Below are positions 37,363-47,481 of a stretch of 64,000 bases of DNA, piece by piece. This DNA comes from Gaiellaceae bacterium. Lineage in GTDB: Bacteria; Actinomycetota; Thermoleophilia; Gaiellales; Gaiellaceae. Numbering within the stretch: position 1 is the first letter of the stretch; each line of letters starts with the position of its first letter. The notes beneath the pieces are model-generated. The model had not been told where the DNA came from. It ran no database searches and saw only the letters and a program-made list of their open reading frames with translations. The position numbers and the translations under genes were made by a program. Location of the stretch: the NCBI GenBank assembly GCA_046262635.1, contig JBHEMK010000067.1:8152-72151 (forward strand), in the 5' to 3' direction.

Positions 37363-38305
37363 GGCTCTCCTGCACCAGCTTGAGCACCTCATGCTCCGCG
37401 GGCATGGCGTCCGCGCAGAGGAGCCGTGAGGCCACGATCGCACCCGCGGCGCTCGCGAACTCGACCGCCCGTCCCGGCGGCCAATCCGAGAGCAGGCCGT
37501 GGCAGAGCGCCCCGCCGAACGCGTCGCCGGCGCCGAGTCCGCAGGCGACCTCGACGGGCCGCGGGGGCACGAGCGTTCGGCGGCCGGGCGTCGCGACGAG
37601 CACGCCCTCGCCGCCGAGCTTCACCACGGCGAGCTCGAGTCCGTGGGAGAGCAGCGCGTCGGCCGCGGCCTCCGGATCGTCCGTCCCGACGGCGATCTCG
37701 CACTCGGTCCGATTGCCGACCGCGGCGGTGGCCAGACCGACCTGAGCAGCGATCGTCCGCCGCGCCTCCTGCTCGCTCTCCCAGAAGACGCGCCGGTAAT
37801 CGAGATCGATGATCGTGTGCCGGCGCCGCCCCCGCTGTTCGAGGAGCCAGACCGCCGTCGCGCGGGAGGGCTCGCGGGCAAACGCGGACGCGGTGAGCCA
37901 GAGGATCGGCACCTCGCGCACCAGCTCCGCCTCGACGTCGTCGGCGCGAATCTGCATGTCCGGCGCCGCGGGCTCGCGGTAGAAGAGGAGGCGCGGCTCC
38001 TCCGGCGGGTCGAGTGCCGCGAAGGCGAGCGGCGTCCGCAGCGTCGGGTGGACGCCGACGAAGCGCGTGTCGACGCCGAAGCCCGCGAGCGCCCCGCAGG
38101 CGTAGCCGCCGAACTCGTCGTCTCCGACGGCGGTGAAGACGGCGCTCCGGCGTCCGAGCCGTGCCGCGGCGACGGCGACGTTCGTCGGGCTGCCTCCGAC
38201 TGACTTGGCGAAGCTCCGCACCTCCGCGAGCCCGACACCGGACTGCTCCGCGTAGAGGTCGACGCTGATCCTGCCGACCGTGAGCAGCTCGAGCTCTCCG
38301 GTCAT
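37355..38305 (-). CDS. iolC: 5-dehydro-2-deoxygluconokinase (PfkB family)
   Basis: 316 aa with [12 protein letters not shown] and [10 protein letters not shown]. It has an ATGA-type overlap with the ATPase stop. Confidence 0.85.
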   Translation of the reverse strand: MTGELELLTVGRISVDLYAEQSGVGLAEVRSFAKSVGGSPTNVAVAAARLGRRSAVFTAVGDDEFGGYACGALAGFGVDTRFVGVHPTLRTPLAFAALDPPEEPRLLFYREPAAPDMQIRADDVEAELVREVPILWLTASAFAREPSRATAVWLLEQRGRRRHTIIDLDYRRVFWESEQEARRTIAAQVGLATAAVGNRTECEIAVGTDDPEAAADALLSHGLELAVVKLGGEGVLVATPGRRTLVPPRPVEVACGLGAGDAFGGALCHGLLSDWPPGRAVEFASAAGAIVASRLLCADAMPAEHEVLKLVQESRA

Positions 38306-39087
38306 GCCTTGACGCCGAGCCCCTCCAACTCGTGGCTCAGCTCCTCGAGCTCAGCGCCGCCCGCCATCTGGCGGACGAGCTCGTCGCGCGTGATCTCGCT
38401 CTTGGCGTAGGTGCCGATCGTCCGGCCCCGGTTGAGGATCACGAACCGGTCGCCCACCGGGTAGGCGTGATGCGGGTTGTGCGAGATGAAGATTACCCCG
38501 ACGCCGCGGTCGCGGGCCTGAACGATGTAGCGCAGCACGACGCCGGCCTGCTTGACCCCGAGGGCCGAGGTTGGCTCGTCGAGGATCAGCACCCGGGCGC
38601 CGAAGTAGACGGCGCGCGCGATTGCGACCGCCTGGCGCTCCCCGCCCGAGAGCGTTCCGACGGGCTGATCCGGGTCGCGGATGTCGATGCCCATCTCGCG
38701 CAAGTGCGAGCGCACCTCGCGCCTGCAGTGGCGGGTGTCGACGCGACGTGTCGGACCGCGACCCCTGGTCGGCTCCTCGCCGAGGAAGAAGTTGCGCCAG
38801 ATCGACATCAGCGGCACCATCGCGAGGTCCTGGTAGACCGTCGCGATCCCGCGGGCCCGCGCCTCGCGCGGCGAGTGGAAGTTCACCTCCTCGCCGTCGA
38901 TCAGGTACCGGCCCTCGTCCTGGGGGTGGAAGCCGGAGAGCAGCTTGATCAGCGTCGACTTGCCTGCGCCGTTGTCGCCGAGAATGCAGAGAACCTCGCC
39001 GGAGTCGAGACTGCCGGAGACGTCCTTCAGCGCGATCACGTTCCCGAAGTACTTGCCGATCCGGTCGACTTCGAGCAGGTGTGCCAT
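38302..39087 (-). CDS. sugar/inositol ABC transporter ATP-binding protein (single NBD)
   Basis: ATG 39087 inside ORF 38302..40158. Motifs: [23 protein letters not shown]. Length is 261 aa. Confidence 0.9.
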   Translation of the reverse strand: MAHLLEVDRIGKYFGNVIALKDVSGSLDSGEVLCILGDNGAGKSTLIKLLSGFHPQDEGRYLIDGEEVNFHSPREARARGIATVYQDLAMVPLMSIWRNFFLGEEPTRGRGPTRRVDTRHCRREVRSHLREMGIDIRDPDQPVGTLSGGERQAVAIARAVYFGARVLILDEPTSALGVKQAGVVLRYIVQARDRGVGVIFISHNPHHAYPVGDRFVILNRGRTIGTYAKSEITRDELVRQMAGGAELEELSHELEGLGVKA

Positions 39088-40148
39088 CAGTGTCTTCCGG
39101 ATGCCTCGGCCCGGCGGCGGATCGCGGTGTTGAGCAGGACGGCGAGTAGGAGGATCACGCCGAGGAAGAGGAAGCTCCAATCGCTGTCCCAGCCCGAGTA
39201 GGGGATGCCGATCTCGGCCATCGCGATGATCAGCGCCCCGAGCGAGCCGCCGATCGCCGAGCCGAAGCCCCCCGTCAGGAGGCAGCCTCCCACGACGGCC
39301 GCGATGATGTAGTAGAACTCGCGCCCCACGCCCTGCCCCGCCTGGATCGAGCGCAAGTTGACGGCCGTCATGACGCCGAGGAGCGAGGCCACGATCGAGG
39401 TCGTGATGAAGAGCCCGATTTTCGTCCGCGTGACGGGAACGCCGACCGCGCGCGCGGCCGCCGCGTCGCCGCCGACGGCGAAGATCCAGTTCCCGACGCG
39501 CGTGCGCGTGAGCACCCAGGTCGCGATCGCAAGCTCGCCGAGCCACCAGAAGACGCGCACCTGGTAGTCGTGCGGCGACCAGACGGTGGCGGCGAGGAGC
39601 CTGCGCGCCCAACCGTAGCCGTGCGCGCGGTCGATGTCGGAGACGTAGACCGCGCCCGTGATCGCGAGCGTTCCACCGAGATTCAGGCCCTGCAGGACGA
39701 AGAAGGTCGCCAGGGTGACGATGAACGAGGGCAGCCGCGTCTTCGTCACGAGCGCGCCGTTGACGAGGCCGATCGTCGCGCCGAACAGGAGCACGAGCAC
39801 GATCGCCGGCAAGATACTCAGGTGGACGCGCGTGACGAGCAGCCCGAGCAGGAGCCCCGAACTGCCGACCATGACCCCCGCCGAGAGGTCGAACTCGCCG
39901 CCGATCATGAGCAGCGAGACGACGACGGCCATCATCCCGAGATTCGAGGCCTCGTCGCTCCAGCGGGCGAAGCCGTCGAGGTTCGCGAAGCCGCTCGCCG
40001 TCGACGTGAAGAGGATGAACACGGCGACGACGCCCACCATCGCGCCGATCTCGGGTCGCTGGAAGAAGCGGGCGAGCAGACCAACGTGTGCGAGGCGCTC
40101 GTCCTCGGGATGCGGGCTGGTCTGTGGAAGTCCGGCGGCGACGCCCAT
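39087..40148 (-). CDS. sugar/inositol ABC transporter permease
   Basis: 353 aa, multi-TM, with GGEFDLSAG and the ribose/xylose permease pattern. Confidence 0.9.
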   Translation of the reverse strand: MGVAAGLPQTSPHPEDERLAHVGLLARFFQRPEIGAMVGVVAVFILFTSTASGFANLDGFARWSDEASNLGMMAVVVSLLMIGGEFDLSAGVMVGSSGLLLGLLVTRVHLSILPAIVLVLLFGATIGLVNGALVTKTRLPSFIVTLATFFVLQGLNLGGTLAITGAVYVSDIDRAHGYGWARRLLAATVWSPHDYQVRVFWWLGELAIATWVLTRTRVGNWIFAVGGDAAAARAVGVPVTRTKIGLFITTSIVASLLGVMTAVNLRSIQAGQGVGREFYYIIAAVVGGCLLTGGFGSAIGGSLGALIIAMAEIGIPYSGWDSDWSFLFLGVILLLAVLLNTAIRRRAEASGRH

Positions 40149-40203
40149 GGTGGCCCATTGGGTCGGGCCGGGCGGAGCCGGCGGCCCCGCCCGGCTCGGC
40201 GTC

Positions 40204-41217
40204 CTAGCGGGTGCCCTTTGCGGTCAGGGCCTTCACCTTGGCGGCATTCGACTTCTCCACGAACCCCGGCCCGGTGAGTACGGGCTGGCCCCCACCAACC
40301 GTGTTCAGGTTGGTGTTGAAGAGGTAGAGGAAGACGACCGGCAGGTATCCCTGCAGGTACTGCTGCTGGTCGATCGCGAACAGCATGGTCCCCTTCTGGA
40401 TCGCGTTGATCACGTCGCTCGAGAGGTCGAAGGTCGCGAGTTTCGCCTTCGAGTGCGCCCCCGCGATCGCCTGCTGGGCGGCGGTCGCGATCTGCGGGTT
40501 GAGGGTGAGGACGGCGTCGATCCCGCGGTCGGCCGTCAGCTTCGACTGGATCTGCTGCGTCGTCGCGCTGACATCGGAGAGGCCCGTGACCTGGAGCCTC
40601 GCGGCGTTGCCGAAGCCGGCCTTCGCCCCCGAGTAGCGCTGCTCGAGCCCGATGTTGGCCTGTTCGTGGATCACGACCAGGAGCTTCTTCAGACCGGCTC
40701 CCTTCAGCTTCCGGCCCGCGCCCTTCCCGGCCACCGACTCGTCCTGGCCGACGTGGGTGATCGCGCCGAGCGACTTGAACTGGTTCTCTCCCGAGTTGAG
40801 CGTGATGACCGGGATGTGCGCGGCCCGCGCGCGGTTGAGTGCGTCCTTCATCGCCGAAGGACTCGGGAGCGAGGTCGCGATCCCCTTGACCTTCTGGGAC
40901 ACTGCTGCCTGGATCAGCTGCGCCTGTTTCTGCGGGTCGTTCCTGCCTTCGCTGTAGAGGACCTTGATGCCGAGGTCGGAGCCCGCGGCGGACGCGCCCT
41001 TGTGGGCGACCGACCAGAACGCGTCTCCGGCGCCGTGCGTAATCACGGCGATCTTCAGCGAGCGCGGCCCGCGGGCGCCCCGCTCGACGGCAGCGCTCGC
41101 GGCGAGGGGCGCGCCCAGGAACGCCGCCCCGGCGGTGGCAAGGCCGCCCTTGATCAGGACTTCGCGCCGGTTCAGCGCGGTCTCGGGACGCGGTTCGGCC
41201 TGGTCAGGCTCGTTCAT
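40204..41217 (-). CDS. sugar/inositol ABC substrate-binding protein with Tat-type signal
   Basis: ATG 41217 comes after GAAGGAAGGTGGG. The signal is NRREVLIKGGLATAGAAFLGAPLAASA. The fold is periplasmic-binding. Confidence 0.9.
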   Translation of the reverse strand: MNEPDQAEPRPETALNRREVLIKGGLATAGAAFLGAPLAASAAVERGARGPRSLKIAVITHGAGDAFWSVAHKGASAAGSDLGIKVLYSEGRNDPQKQAQLIQAAVSQKVKGIATSLPSPSAMKDALNRARAAHIPVITLNSGENQFKSLGAITHVGQDESVAGKGAGRKLKGAGLKKLLVVIHEQANIGLEQRYSGAKAGFGNAARLQVTGLSDVSATTQQIQSKLTADRGIDAVLTLNPQIATAAQQAIAGAHSKAKLATFDLSSDVINAIQKGTMLFAIDQQQYLQGYLPVVFLYLFNTNLNTVGGGQPVLTGPGFVEKSNAAKVKALTAKGTR

Positions 41218-41309
41218 TTCCCACCTTCCTTCGTCGGAATCCACTGGGCGGCGACTCGGGCTTCCGCTGGCGCAGCAGCACCTCCCTCTGGCGTTTCCTT
41301 CGCTTACAA

Positions 41310-41340
41310 TTGGAGCGCTCTAAACGTTAGAGCGCTCTAA
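41310..41340. promoter_or_regulatory. two tandem 14-bp palindromic operators TTgGAGCGCTCTAA / TTAGAGCGCTCTAA
   Basis: The second copy is a perfect palindrome and the first has one mismatch. They are 3 nt apart, in the 155-bp divergent spacer between the iol transporter operon and the LacI gene. Confidence 0.6.
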
Positions 41341-41372
41341 CAACGGCGGGATTATCGGATCCTTTCGGGCGA

Positions 41373-42392
41373 ATGTCAAGGACGCAGGCGACACAGGCGA
41401 GAATGGAGGATGTGGCCCGCGCGGCCGGCGTCTCCCGCGCGCTCGTCTCCCTCGTCATGCGCGACAGCCCGAAGGTGAGCCCGAGGTCGCGCGAGAAGGT
41501 CCTGGCCGCAGCCGCGAGGCTCAAGTACCGACCGAATGCGATCGCCCGCCAGCTCGCCAGCCGGCGCACGCGCACGATCGGCGTGCTCCTGAACGAGCTG
41601 CACAACCCCTTCTACGCGGGAATCATGGACGGCGTGGACACGCTCGCAGCGGAGCTCGACTACCGGATCGTGATCGGGACGGCTGGCCGGCGGCCGCGGG
41701 GGGAGGAGGCGACGGTGGACGCGTTCCTCGAGATGCGAACCGACGGGCTGATCCTCGTCGGCCCGAGGCTGCCCGCGCGGGGGATCGAGGCGGCAGCGGC
41801 CGTGGTTCCGGTCGTCGTCGTCGGTCGGCCCGTCCGCTCGCCCCGCGTCGACACGATCGTGAACGACGAGCGGGCGGGGGCACTGCTCGTCGTCCGCCAC
41901 CTCGCCGAGCTCGGCCACCGCCACATCCTCCACATCGACGGCGGCCGCGGCGCCGGCGCCTCGGCGCGGCGCTCGGGCTACGAGTATGCGATGCGGCGGT
42001 TCGGGTTCGAGCGGGACATCCGCGTCCTCGCCGGCGACTACACGGACGCCGCCGGGGCGCGCGCCGCCTCGCGGCTGCTCGCCGACGGCGACCTCCCGAC
42101 CGCGATCTTCGCGGCGAACGATCTCGTCGCCGCCGGGGCGATCGACCGGCTTGAGGATGGCGGCCTCACGATCCCGGAGGACGTCTCGCTCGTCGGCTAC
42201 GACAACACGTTCCTCGCGGGGCTCCACCACGTCTCCCTCACAACGGTGAACCAGCCGTGTGCAGAGATGGGCCGGCTCGCGATGCAGGGACTCGTCGACC
42301 GGATCGACGGCGGGCGGACGACGGCCGTGAACCACCGTCTGCTGCCGGAGCTCGTCGTGCGCAGGACGACGGGCCGCCCGCGCGCAGCCTGA
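41373..42392 (+). CDS. LacI-family transcriptional regulator (probable iol repressor)
   Basis: 339 aa with HTH MEDVARAAGVSRALVSLVMRDSPKVS plus a sugar-binding domain. Confidence 0.9.
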   Translation: MSRTQATQARMEDVARAAGVSRALVSLVMRDSPKVSPRSREKVLAAAARLKYRPNAIARQLASRRTRTIGVLLNELHNPFYAGIMDGVDTLAAELDYRIVIGTAGRRPRGEEATVDAFLEMRTDGLILVGPRLPARGIEAAAAVVPVVVVGRPVRSPRVDTIVNDERAGALLVVRHLAELGHRHILHIDGGRGAGASARRSGYEYAMRRFGFERDIRVLAGDYTDAAGARAASRLLADGDLPTAIFAANDLVAAGAIDRLEDGGLTIPEDVSLVGYDNTFLAGLHHVSLTTVNQPCAEMGRLAMQGLVDRIDGGRTTAVNHRLLPELVVRRTTGRPRAA

Positions 42393-42400
42393 AGATCCGG

Positions 42401-42432
42401 GCGGGTGGGCCGGCGCGACAGCCGGCCCACCC
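42401..42432. terminator. bidirectional terminator hairpin between convergent genes
   Basis: CGGGTGGGCCGGC-gcgaca-GCCGGCCCACCCG has a 13-bp perfect stem. Confidence 0.65.
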
Positions 42433-42440
42433 GGCGGGCA

Positions 42441-42692
42441 CTACGGCACGGTCGGGAACTGACCGGCGTCTTCCTGTGCCTCCCGCTGTGCACTCTCGCC
42501 GGCCTCGTGGGACGCGTTCTCGTTCGGCGTGAACTTCCCACCCGGTGCGCTACTCGAGCCGTTGGTCGACGTGGTCGAGGTTCCGGTGGCGGCGCTACCG
42601 CTCGCCGAGCTCAGGACCGTCGCGCCGAGAGCCCCGCCCGCGAGCGAGCCGGCGAGCACCATGGCGACGATCCACCTCTTTGCAATGTTCAT
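42441..42692 (-). CDS. small secreted/membrane-anchored hypothetical protein (83 aa)
   Basis: ATG 42692 inside ORF 42441..43193. It has an N-terminal hydrophobic segment (MNIAKRWIVAMVLAGSLAGGALGA), an S/T/G-rich linker and an acidic tail (HEAGESAQREAQEDAG). Confidence 0.55.
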   Translation of the reverse strand: MNIAKRWIVAMVLAGSLAGGALGATVLSSASGSAATGTSTTSTNGSSSAPGGKFTPNENASHEAGESAQREAQEDAGQFPTVP

Positions 42693-42783
42693 CTCGTTTC
42701 TTTCGTGTGTCGTTGTCACTCGTGCCAGCGTCGCGCTGCGGCCTCGGAGTTGGCTGGGACTCGGCTGAGAGTTCGGTGTCAAG

Positions 42784-43281
42784 ATGAGTGGCGCAATGAG
42801 AGCCGTACGAGCGATCGCCGCCCTCGTCTGCGCGGCTGCTCTGTCGGTTGCGCCGGGAGCGGCGCAGGCGCGAGCGGGCGCCGGTCGCGCCTGCCGAGCC
42901 GACGTGCACCTGGGCGTGCTGCCGGTCTGGGCCCGCGCTGGATTCTCCGACCCGCAGCCGCGCCTGCCGCACGTGCTCGGCCGATCGGGCAAGATCGCCG
43001 CCCTCGTCTTCGGGTACCCACTGCTCTCGCCGCCGTCCCCGACGCGAAACAACAAGATCCTCTGGGTCGCGCGAGCCTCCGTGCGGCCGCTGTCCGCTCT
43101 GCGGATCAGCGCGCAGAGGATGATCGGACGGCGCAGACTCGGTCGGCCCATCACGCGGGCGGTGCAGGGAGGGCCGGGCCCGTCGATCGTCAATCTGCCG
43201 ACGCCCGGGTGCTGGCGGCTGCGGCTGCGCTGGTCGGGACGCTCCGACAGCCTCGATCTCCGGTACGCGCGGCGGAGCTGA
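42784..43281 (+). CDS. secreted hypothetical protein
   Basis: 165 aa with the signal peptide MRAVRAIAALVCAAALSVAPGAAQA. I recognise no family. Confidence 0.5.
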   Translation: MSGAMRAVRAIAALVCAAALSVAPGAAQARAGAGRACRADVHLGVLPVWARAGFSDPQPRLPHVLGRSGKIAALVFGYPLLSPPSPTRNNKILWVARASVRPLSALRISAQRMIGRRRLGRPITRAVQGGPGPSIVNLPTPGCWRLRLRWSGRSDSLDLRYARRS

Positions 43282-43397
43282 GCAACACGGCCGCCGCGGC
43301 CGCCGCGACCTCCGAGCTAGCCGATCGCGCGCGACTTGGGGTCCACTGGCGATCAATTCGGATCCAATCCAGTCCAGAATCGTCCCCTAGACGCCTG

Positions 43398-43426
43398 TTG
43401 ACAGCCCAGTGCGGTCATTCTAGGAT
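43398..43426 (+). promoter_or_regulatory. candidate aceA-operon promoter (TTGACA - 17 nt - TAGGAT)
   Basis: ctgTTGACAgcccagtgcggtcattcTAGGATccg. It is overlapped by the hairpin AGGATCC-N8-GGATCCT. Confidence 0.4.
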
Positions 43427-43466
43427 CCGAAGACAAGGATCCTGGACTCCAGAAAGGACAAGTCGG

Positions 43467-43628
43467 ATGTCGAGCACGCTGGTGAGCCCGCCCCTCGTTG
43501 AGGTCCACAAGTCGCCTGCTGCCGCGCCGTTGAATTTCGAGCAGCGCCCGCCCTCTGCCCCCTGCCGGGCCGAGACCGCCCAGTGCACGTGCCCGGAGTT
43601 TTGCGAGCGGGATCACGACAATGACTAG
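43467..43628 (+). CDS. 53-codon Cys-rich small ORF overlapping the aceA start
   Basis: GAAAGGA lies 7 nt before the ATG. Product: [53 protein letters not shown]. Third-position GC (about 85%) is well above second-position GC (about 55%). The stop lies 5 nt after the aceA ATG. Confidence 0.5.
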   Translation: MSSTLVSPPLVEVHKSPAAAPLNFEQRPPSAPCRAETAQCTCPEFCERDHDND

Positions 43629-44922
43629 GGACGAGCGGATCGCGCTCGAGTCCGAGGAGCTCGGGGACCGGTGGGCAACGGATCCCCGCTGGCGCGGGAC
43701 CCGGCGCACGTACGGGCCGGAAGCCGTCGTCCGGCTCCGTGGCTCGGTCGTGCCGGAGCAGACCCTCGCCCGCCGCGGGGCGGAGCGGCTCTGGACGCTG
43801 CTCCGCGGCCCGGAGCACGTGGCCGCCCTCGGCGCGCTCTCGGGCGGCCAGGCGGTCCAGATGATTCGTGCGGGCTTGGAGGCGATCTACCTCTCGGGCT
43901 GGCAGGTCGCCGCGGACGCGAATGTCGGCGGCCACACGTATCCGGACCAGAGCCTGTACCCGGCAAACAGCGCGCCCGCGCTTGTCCGGCGCCTCAACAA
44001 CGCGCTGCTGCGTGCAGATCAGATCGACTGGTCGGAAGGCCGGAACGGCACGGACTGGCTGGCGCCGATCGTCGCCGATGCCGAGGCGGGTTTCGGCGGG
44101 CCGCTGAACGCCTATGAGCTGATGAAGTCGATGATCGAGGCAGGCGCAGCCGGCGTCCACTTCGAGGACCAGCTCGCCTCGGAGAAGAAGTGCGGCCATC
44201 TGGGCGGGAAGGTGCTCGTCCCCACCAGTCAGTTCCTGCGGACGCTGATGGCGGCGCGGCTCGCCGCGGACGTGCTCGACGTTCCGACCGTTCTGGTGGC
44301 GAGGACCGATGCCCTCAGCGCGAGACTGCTCACGAGCGACATCGACGAGGCGGACGCAATGTTCTCGACCGGCGAGCGGACGCCGGAGGGCTTCTTCCGG
44401 GTGAGGGACGGCCTCGACGCGGCGATCGCGCGGTCGCTTGCCTACGCTCCCTACGCCGACGTCCTCTGGTTCGAGACTTCGACGCCTGATCTCGGCGAGG
44501 CGCGCGCGTTCGCCCAAGCGATCCACGAGCGCTTCCGCGGCAAGCTCCTCGCGTACAACTGCTCACCGTCGTTCAACTGGAAACAGGCCTTGGCAGACGA
44601 CGAGATCGCACGCTTCCAGGACGAGCTCGCCGCGCTCGGCTACCGCTTCCAGTTCATCACGCTGGCGGGCTTCCACTCGCTGAACGCGGGGATGTTCGAA
44701 CTGGCCCGCGGCTACGCCGCCGAGGGCATGAGCGCCTATGTTCGCCTGCAGGAGCGGGAGTTCGAGCTGGAGGTCGACGGCTATACCGCCACCCGCCACC
44801 AGCGCGAGGTCGGGGCAGGGTACTTCGATCAGGTGATGGCGACGCTGAGCGGCGGCCAGTCGTCGACGCTCGCCCTCAGCGGCTCGACCGAGGAGGCGCA
44901 GTTCGAGGCGGCAGAGGTGTGA
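43621..44922 (+). CDS. aceA: isocitrate lyase
   Basis: 433 aa with the signature [10 protein letters not shown]. Confidence 0.95.
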   Translation: MTRDERIALESEELGDRWATDPRWRGTRRTYGPEAVVRLRGSVVPEQTLARRGAERLWTLLRGPEHVAALGALSGGQAVQMIRAGLEAIYLSGWQVAADANVGGHTYPDQSLYPANSAPALVRRLNNALLRADQIDWSEGRNGTDWLAPIVADAEAGFGGPLNAYELMKSMIEAGAAGVHFEDQLASEKKCGHLGGKVLVPTSQFLRTLMAARLAADVLDVPTVLVARTDALSARLLTSDIDEADAMFSTGERTPEGFFRVRDGLDAAIARSLAYAPYADVLWFETSTPDLGEARAFAQAIHERFRGKLLAYNCSPSFNWKQALADDEIARFQDELAALGYRFQFITLAGFHSLNAGMFELARGYAAEGMSAYVRLQEREFELEVDGYTATRHQREVGAGYFDQVMATLSGGQSSTLALSGSTEEAQFEAAEV

Positions 44923-44932
44923 GCGCGGCCGG

Positions 44933-45670
44933 ATGAGCCTCGACAGCACGAAGGCAGACGACATCGCACTGGTGATCGAGGAGGCGATCGTCTCCGGGGA
45001 GATCGCGCCCGGGAGCATCCTCCGCCAGGAGCAGCTGTCCGAGCAGTTCAAGGTCTCGCGGACGCCGATCCGCGAGGCGCTCCGCCGGCTGGCCGCACTG
45101 GGCCTCGTCGACTTCCACCCGAACCGCGGCGTCAGCGTCAGAACCGTCTCGCGCCAGGAGCTGCACGAGGCATTTCTCGTCCGCGCCGAGCTCGAGAGTC
45201 TCGCGACCGCGCTCGCCGCCGACCGCATGACCGCGGACGATCTCGCCGACCTGAGGAGTGCGCAGGAGCGCTTCTCGCGCTTGAGCCAGGAGCTGCGTTC
45301 GCGCGAGCCGGGTGAGGAGCGGCGTTCGGTCATGGGCGACTGGGTACGCGCAAACCACGCCTTCCACGACGTGATCTACCGAGTCGCCGACGCGCCGCTC
45401 GTCGAGCGGCTGGCGAAGAGCGCACGCCGGAACTTCTCGGGGCCTGCGGTCTGGGCGCCGGGCGACCACTCGATCGACGGCCTCTATCTCACGAACGACC
45501 GTCAGCATCAGGCGATCCTCCAGGCGCTGACGGCCGGAAGCGCCGCCGGCGCGCGGACGCTCGCGCGCGAGCACGTCCTCTCGTCCTTCGCGATGCTCGA
45601 GACGATTCTCGAGCAGGTCGGAGCCCAGCCGCGCGACTGGCACCGCACCCGCGCGGAGGTGCACGTCTAG
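44933..45670 (+). CDS. GntR-family (FadR/FCD type) transcriptional regulator
   Basis: 245 aa with SEQFKVSRTPIREALRRLAALGLV plus a C-terminal helical FCD domain. Confidence 0.9.
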   Translation: MSLDSTKADDIALVIEEAIVSGEIAPGSILRQEQLSEQFKVSRTPIREALRRLAALGLVDFHPNRGVSVRTVSRQELHEAFLVRAELESLATALAADRMTADDLADLRSAQERFSRLSQELRSREPGEERRSVMGDWVRANHAFHDVIYRVADAPLVERLAKSARRNFSGPAVWAPGDHSIDGLYLTNDRQHQAILQALTAGSAAGARTLAREHVLSSFAMLETILEQVGAQPRDWHRTRAEVHV

Positions 45671-45679
45671 CCGGACCGG

Positions 45680-47260
45680 TCATGGGTCGGCACGGGCGGC
45701 GGCACGGTCGAGCTCGAGACGGCGGAGCTCGATGCGGCGGATCTTGCCCGTGAGCGTCTTCGGGAGGTCGGGGACGAACTCGAGCTGGCGGGGATAGGCG
45801 TACGCCGAGAGTCGCTTGCGGACGAAGTCCTTGATCTCGGCGGCGAGCTCGTCCGAGGGTAGGTGTCCGTTCGCGAGGACGATGAACGCCTTGACCACGT
45901 TGCCGCGCAGGTCGTCGGGTGAGGCGACCGCCGCGGCCTCGCGGACTGCGGGATGCTCGAGGCAGGCGGACTCGACCTCGAACGGGCCGATCCGGTACCC
46001 GGCGGCGATGATCACGTCGTCCGCCCGGCCCACGTACCAGTAGTAGCCGTCCTCGTCCTTGAGGGCGGCGTCTCTCGTACGAAACCCCTCCCCGCCGAAC
46101 GTCTCCCGGCCCGCCTCCTCGTTCCGCCAGTAGCCGAGCGGATAGTGGGGATTCGAGCGTGCGCGGAGGCAGATCTCGCCCCGCTCGCCGGGCTCGACCG
46201 GCCGGTCATCCTCGTCGAGGATCTGCACGTCCCAGCCCGGCATCGGCTTGCCCATCGACCCGTCGCGTACCTCGACGAACGGATAGTTCGCCACCAGCGG
46301 GTACGACTCGGTGAGCCCGTAGTAGTCGAGCACGGTGACCCCGTACTGGTCGCGAAACCAGCGGATCGCCTCCGGGTTCAGCGGCTCGCCCGCCGAACAG
46401 ACCCTGCGGAAAGCCTGCGGATAGCGCGTCGCAGCGTCATCGATCGCCATCATCGCGCGCATCGCGGTCGGCGTCGTGAACACGTTCGTCACCCGGTGGC
46501 GGCTCAGGAAGTCGAGCTGCTTGTGCGGGTCGAATCCGCCTTCCCGGCGGTAGACGCATTGGACGGCGCCGAGCCGCCACGGGCCGAGCAGGGGCGCGAT
46601 CCCTGCAGCCCAGGCCCATTCGCCCATCCCGTGAAAGCGCTCACCGTCTTCGACCTCGTGGCAGTACACGAATTCCTCGTGGGCCAGGATGTACCGGTGA
46701 GCGTGGACGATCCCCTTCGCCGGGCCGGTGGTGCCCGACGTGTAGTAGAGCTGCGCCGCGTCCTCGGCAGAGGAGGCTGTGCCGATGAAGTCGGTTGGCG
46801 CGCCGCCGAGCGTGTCCGGCCCGAGCACGAGCACCTCCGGTGCCCACGGCCGGTCGAATCGCGGGGCGTTCGCTGCGTCTGTGACGAGGAGCCTCGCCTC
46901 GGAGTCGGCGAGGCGATGCCGGATCCCGTCGTCGCCGTACAGCACCGACATCGAGAGCAGGATCGCGCCGAGCTTCCAGACGCCGAAGAAGGTTGCCGCG
47001 GCCTCCGGGGTCGCCGGCAGGACGACCGCGACCCGGTCTCCAGGCCCGACGCCGCGCGCCGCCAGGGTGTGGGCCGCCTGGTTCGCGAGGTCCTGGAGCT
47101 CCCCCCAGTCGAGCGTCCGTACGGAGCCGTCGAAGCTCTCCCAGATCATCGCCTGCTTGTGCCGCGCATGCTTCTCGCACACGTCCGCGGCGATGTTGTA
47201 GCGCGGCGGCACATCCCAGCGGTGGGCGGCGCACATCTCGTCGTAGCTCGTCCAGCTCAT
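45680..47260 (-). CDS. AMP-forming acyl-CoA synthetase/ligase
   Basis: 526 aa with the AMP-binding motif YTSGTTGPAKG and C-terminal TLTGKIRR. Confidence 0.9.
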   Translation of the reverse strand: MSWTSYDEMCAAHRWDVPPRYNIAADVCEKHARHKQAMIWESFDGSVRTLDWGELQDLANQAAHTLAARGVGPGDRVAVVLPATPEAAATFFGVWKLGAILLSMSVLYGDDGIRHRLADSEARLLVTDAANAPRFDRPWAPEVLVLGPDTLGGAPTDFIGTASSAEDAAQLYYTSGTTGPAKGIVHAHRYILAHEEFVYCHEVEDGERFHGMGEWAWAAGIAPLLGPWRLGAVQCVYRREGGFDPHKQLDFLSRHRVTNVFTTPTAMRAMMAIDDAATRYPQAFRRVCSAGEPLNPEAIRWFRDQYGVTVLDYYGLTESYPLVANYPFVEVRDGSMGKPMPGWDVQILDEDDRPVEPGERGEICLRARSNPHYPLGYWRNEEAGRETFGGEGFRTRDAALKDEDGYYWYVGRADDVIIAAGYRIGPFEVESACLEHPAVREAAAVASPDDLRGNVVKAFIVLANGHLPSDELAAEIKDFVRKRLSAYAYPRQLEFVPDLPKTLTGKIRRIELRRLELDRAAARADP

Positions 47261-47481
47261 CCGGCTACTCCTTCTCGCCCCGCGGGTGTCTTGATGTCAG
47301 CTCGGTTCGCGGCAACGGAGCGACCTTCGGTTCCAGCCGCTCCTCCAAGCCGCGGTGCCGGCCCGCCGGGGCAAGGGGCCGCATTGGTGGCCGAACGGCG
47401 ATTGAGGCCAAGCCCGGCCCCGCGCGTCGAGAGGGGATACCCGTTGCGACCGGCTCGCAGCCGCGGCGTCTCGTCACGGTA

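Noticed and set aside
43282-43320. The GC palindrome CGGCCGCCGCGGCCG after the 42784..43281 gene as a terminator.
   Set aside because: The arms would leave a loop of only 1 nt, so it cannot form a hairpin.
47261-47481. A 220-nt leader of the acyl-CoA synthetase gene as a candidate riboswitch or sRNA.
   Set aside because: I could find no recognisable conserved core and no strong extended helices by eye. It cannot be supported without covariance data.
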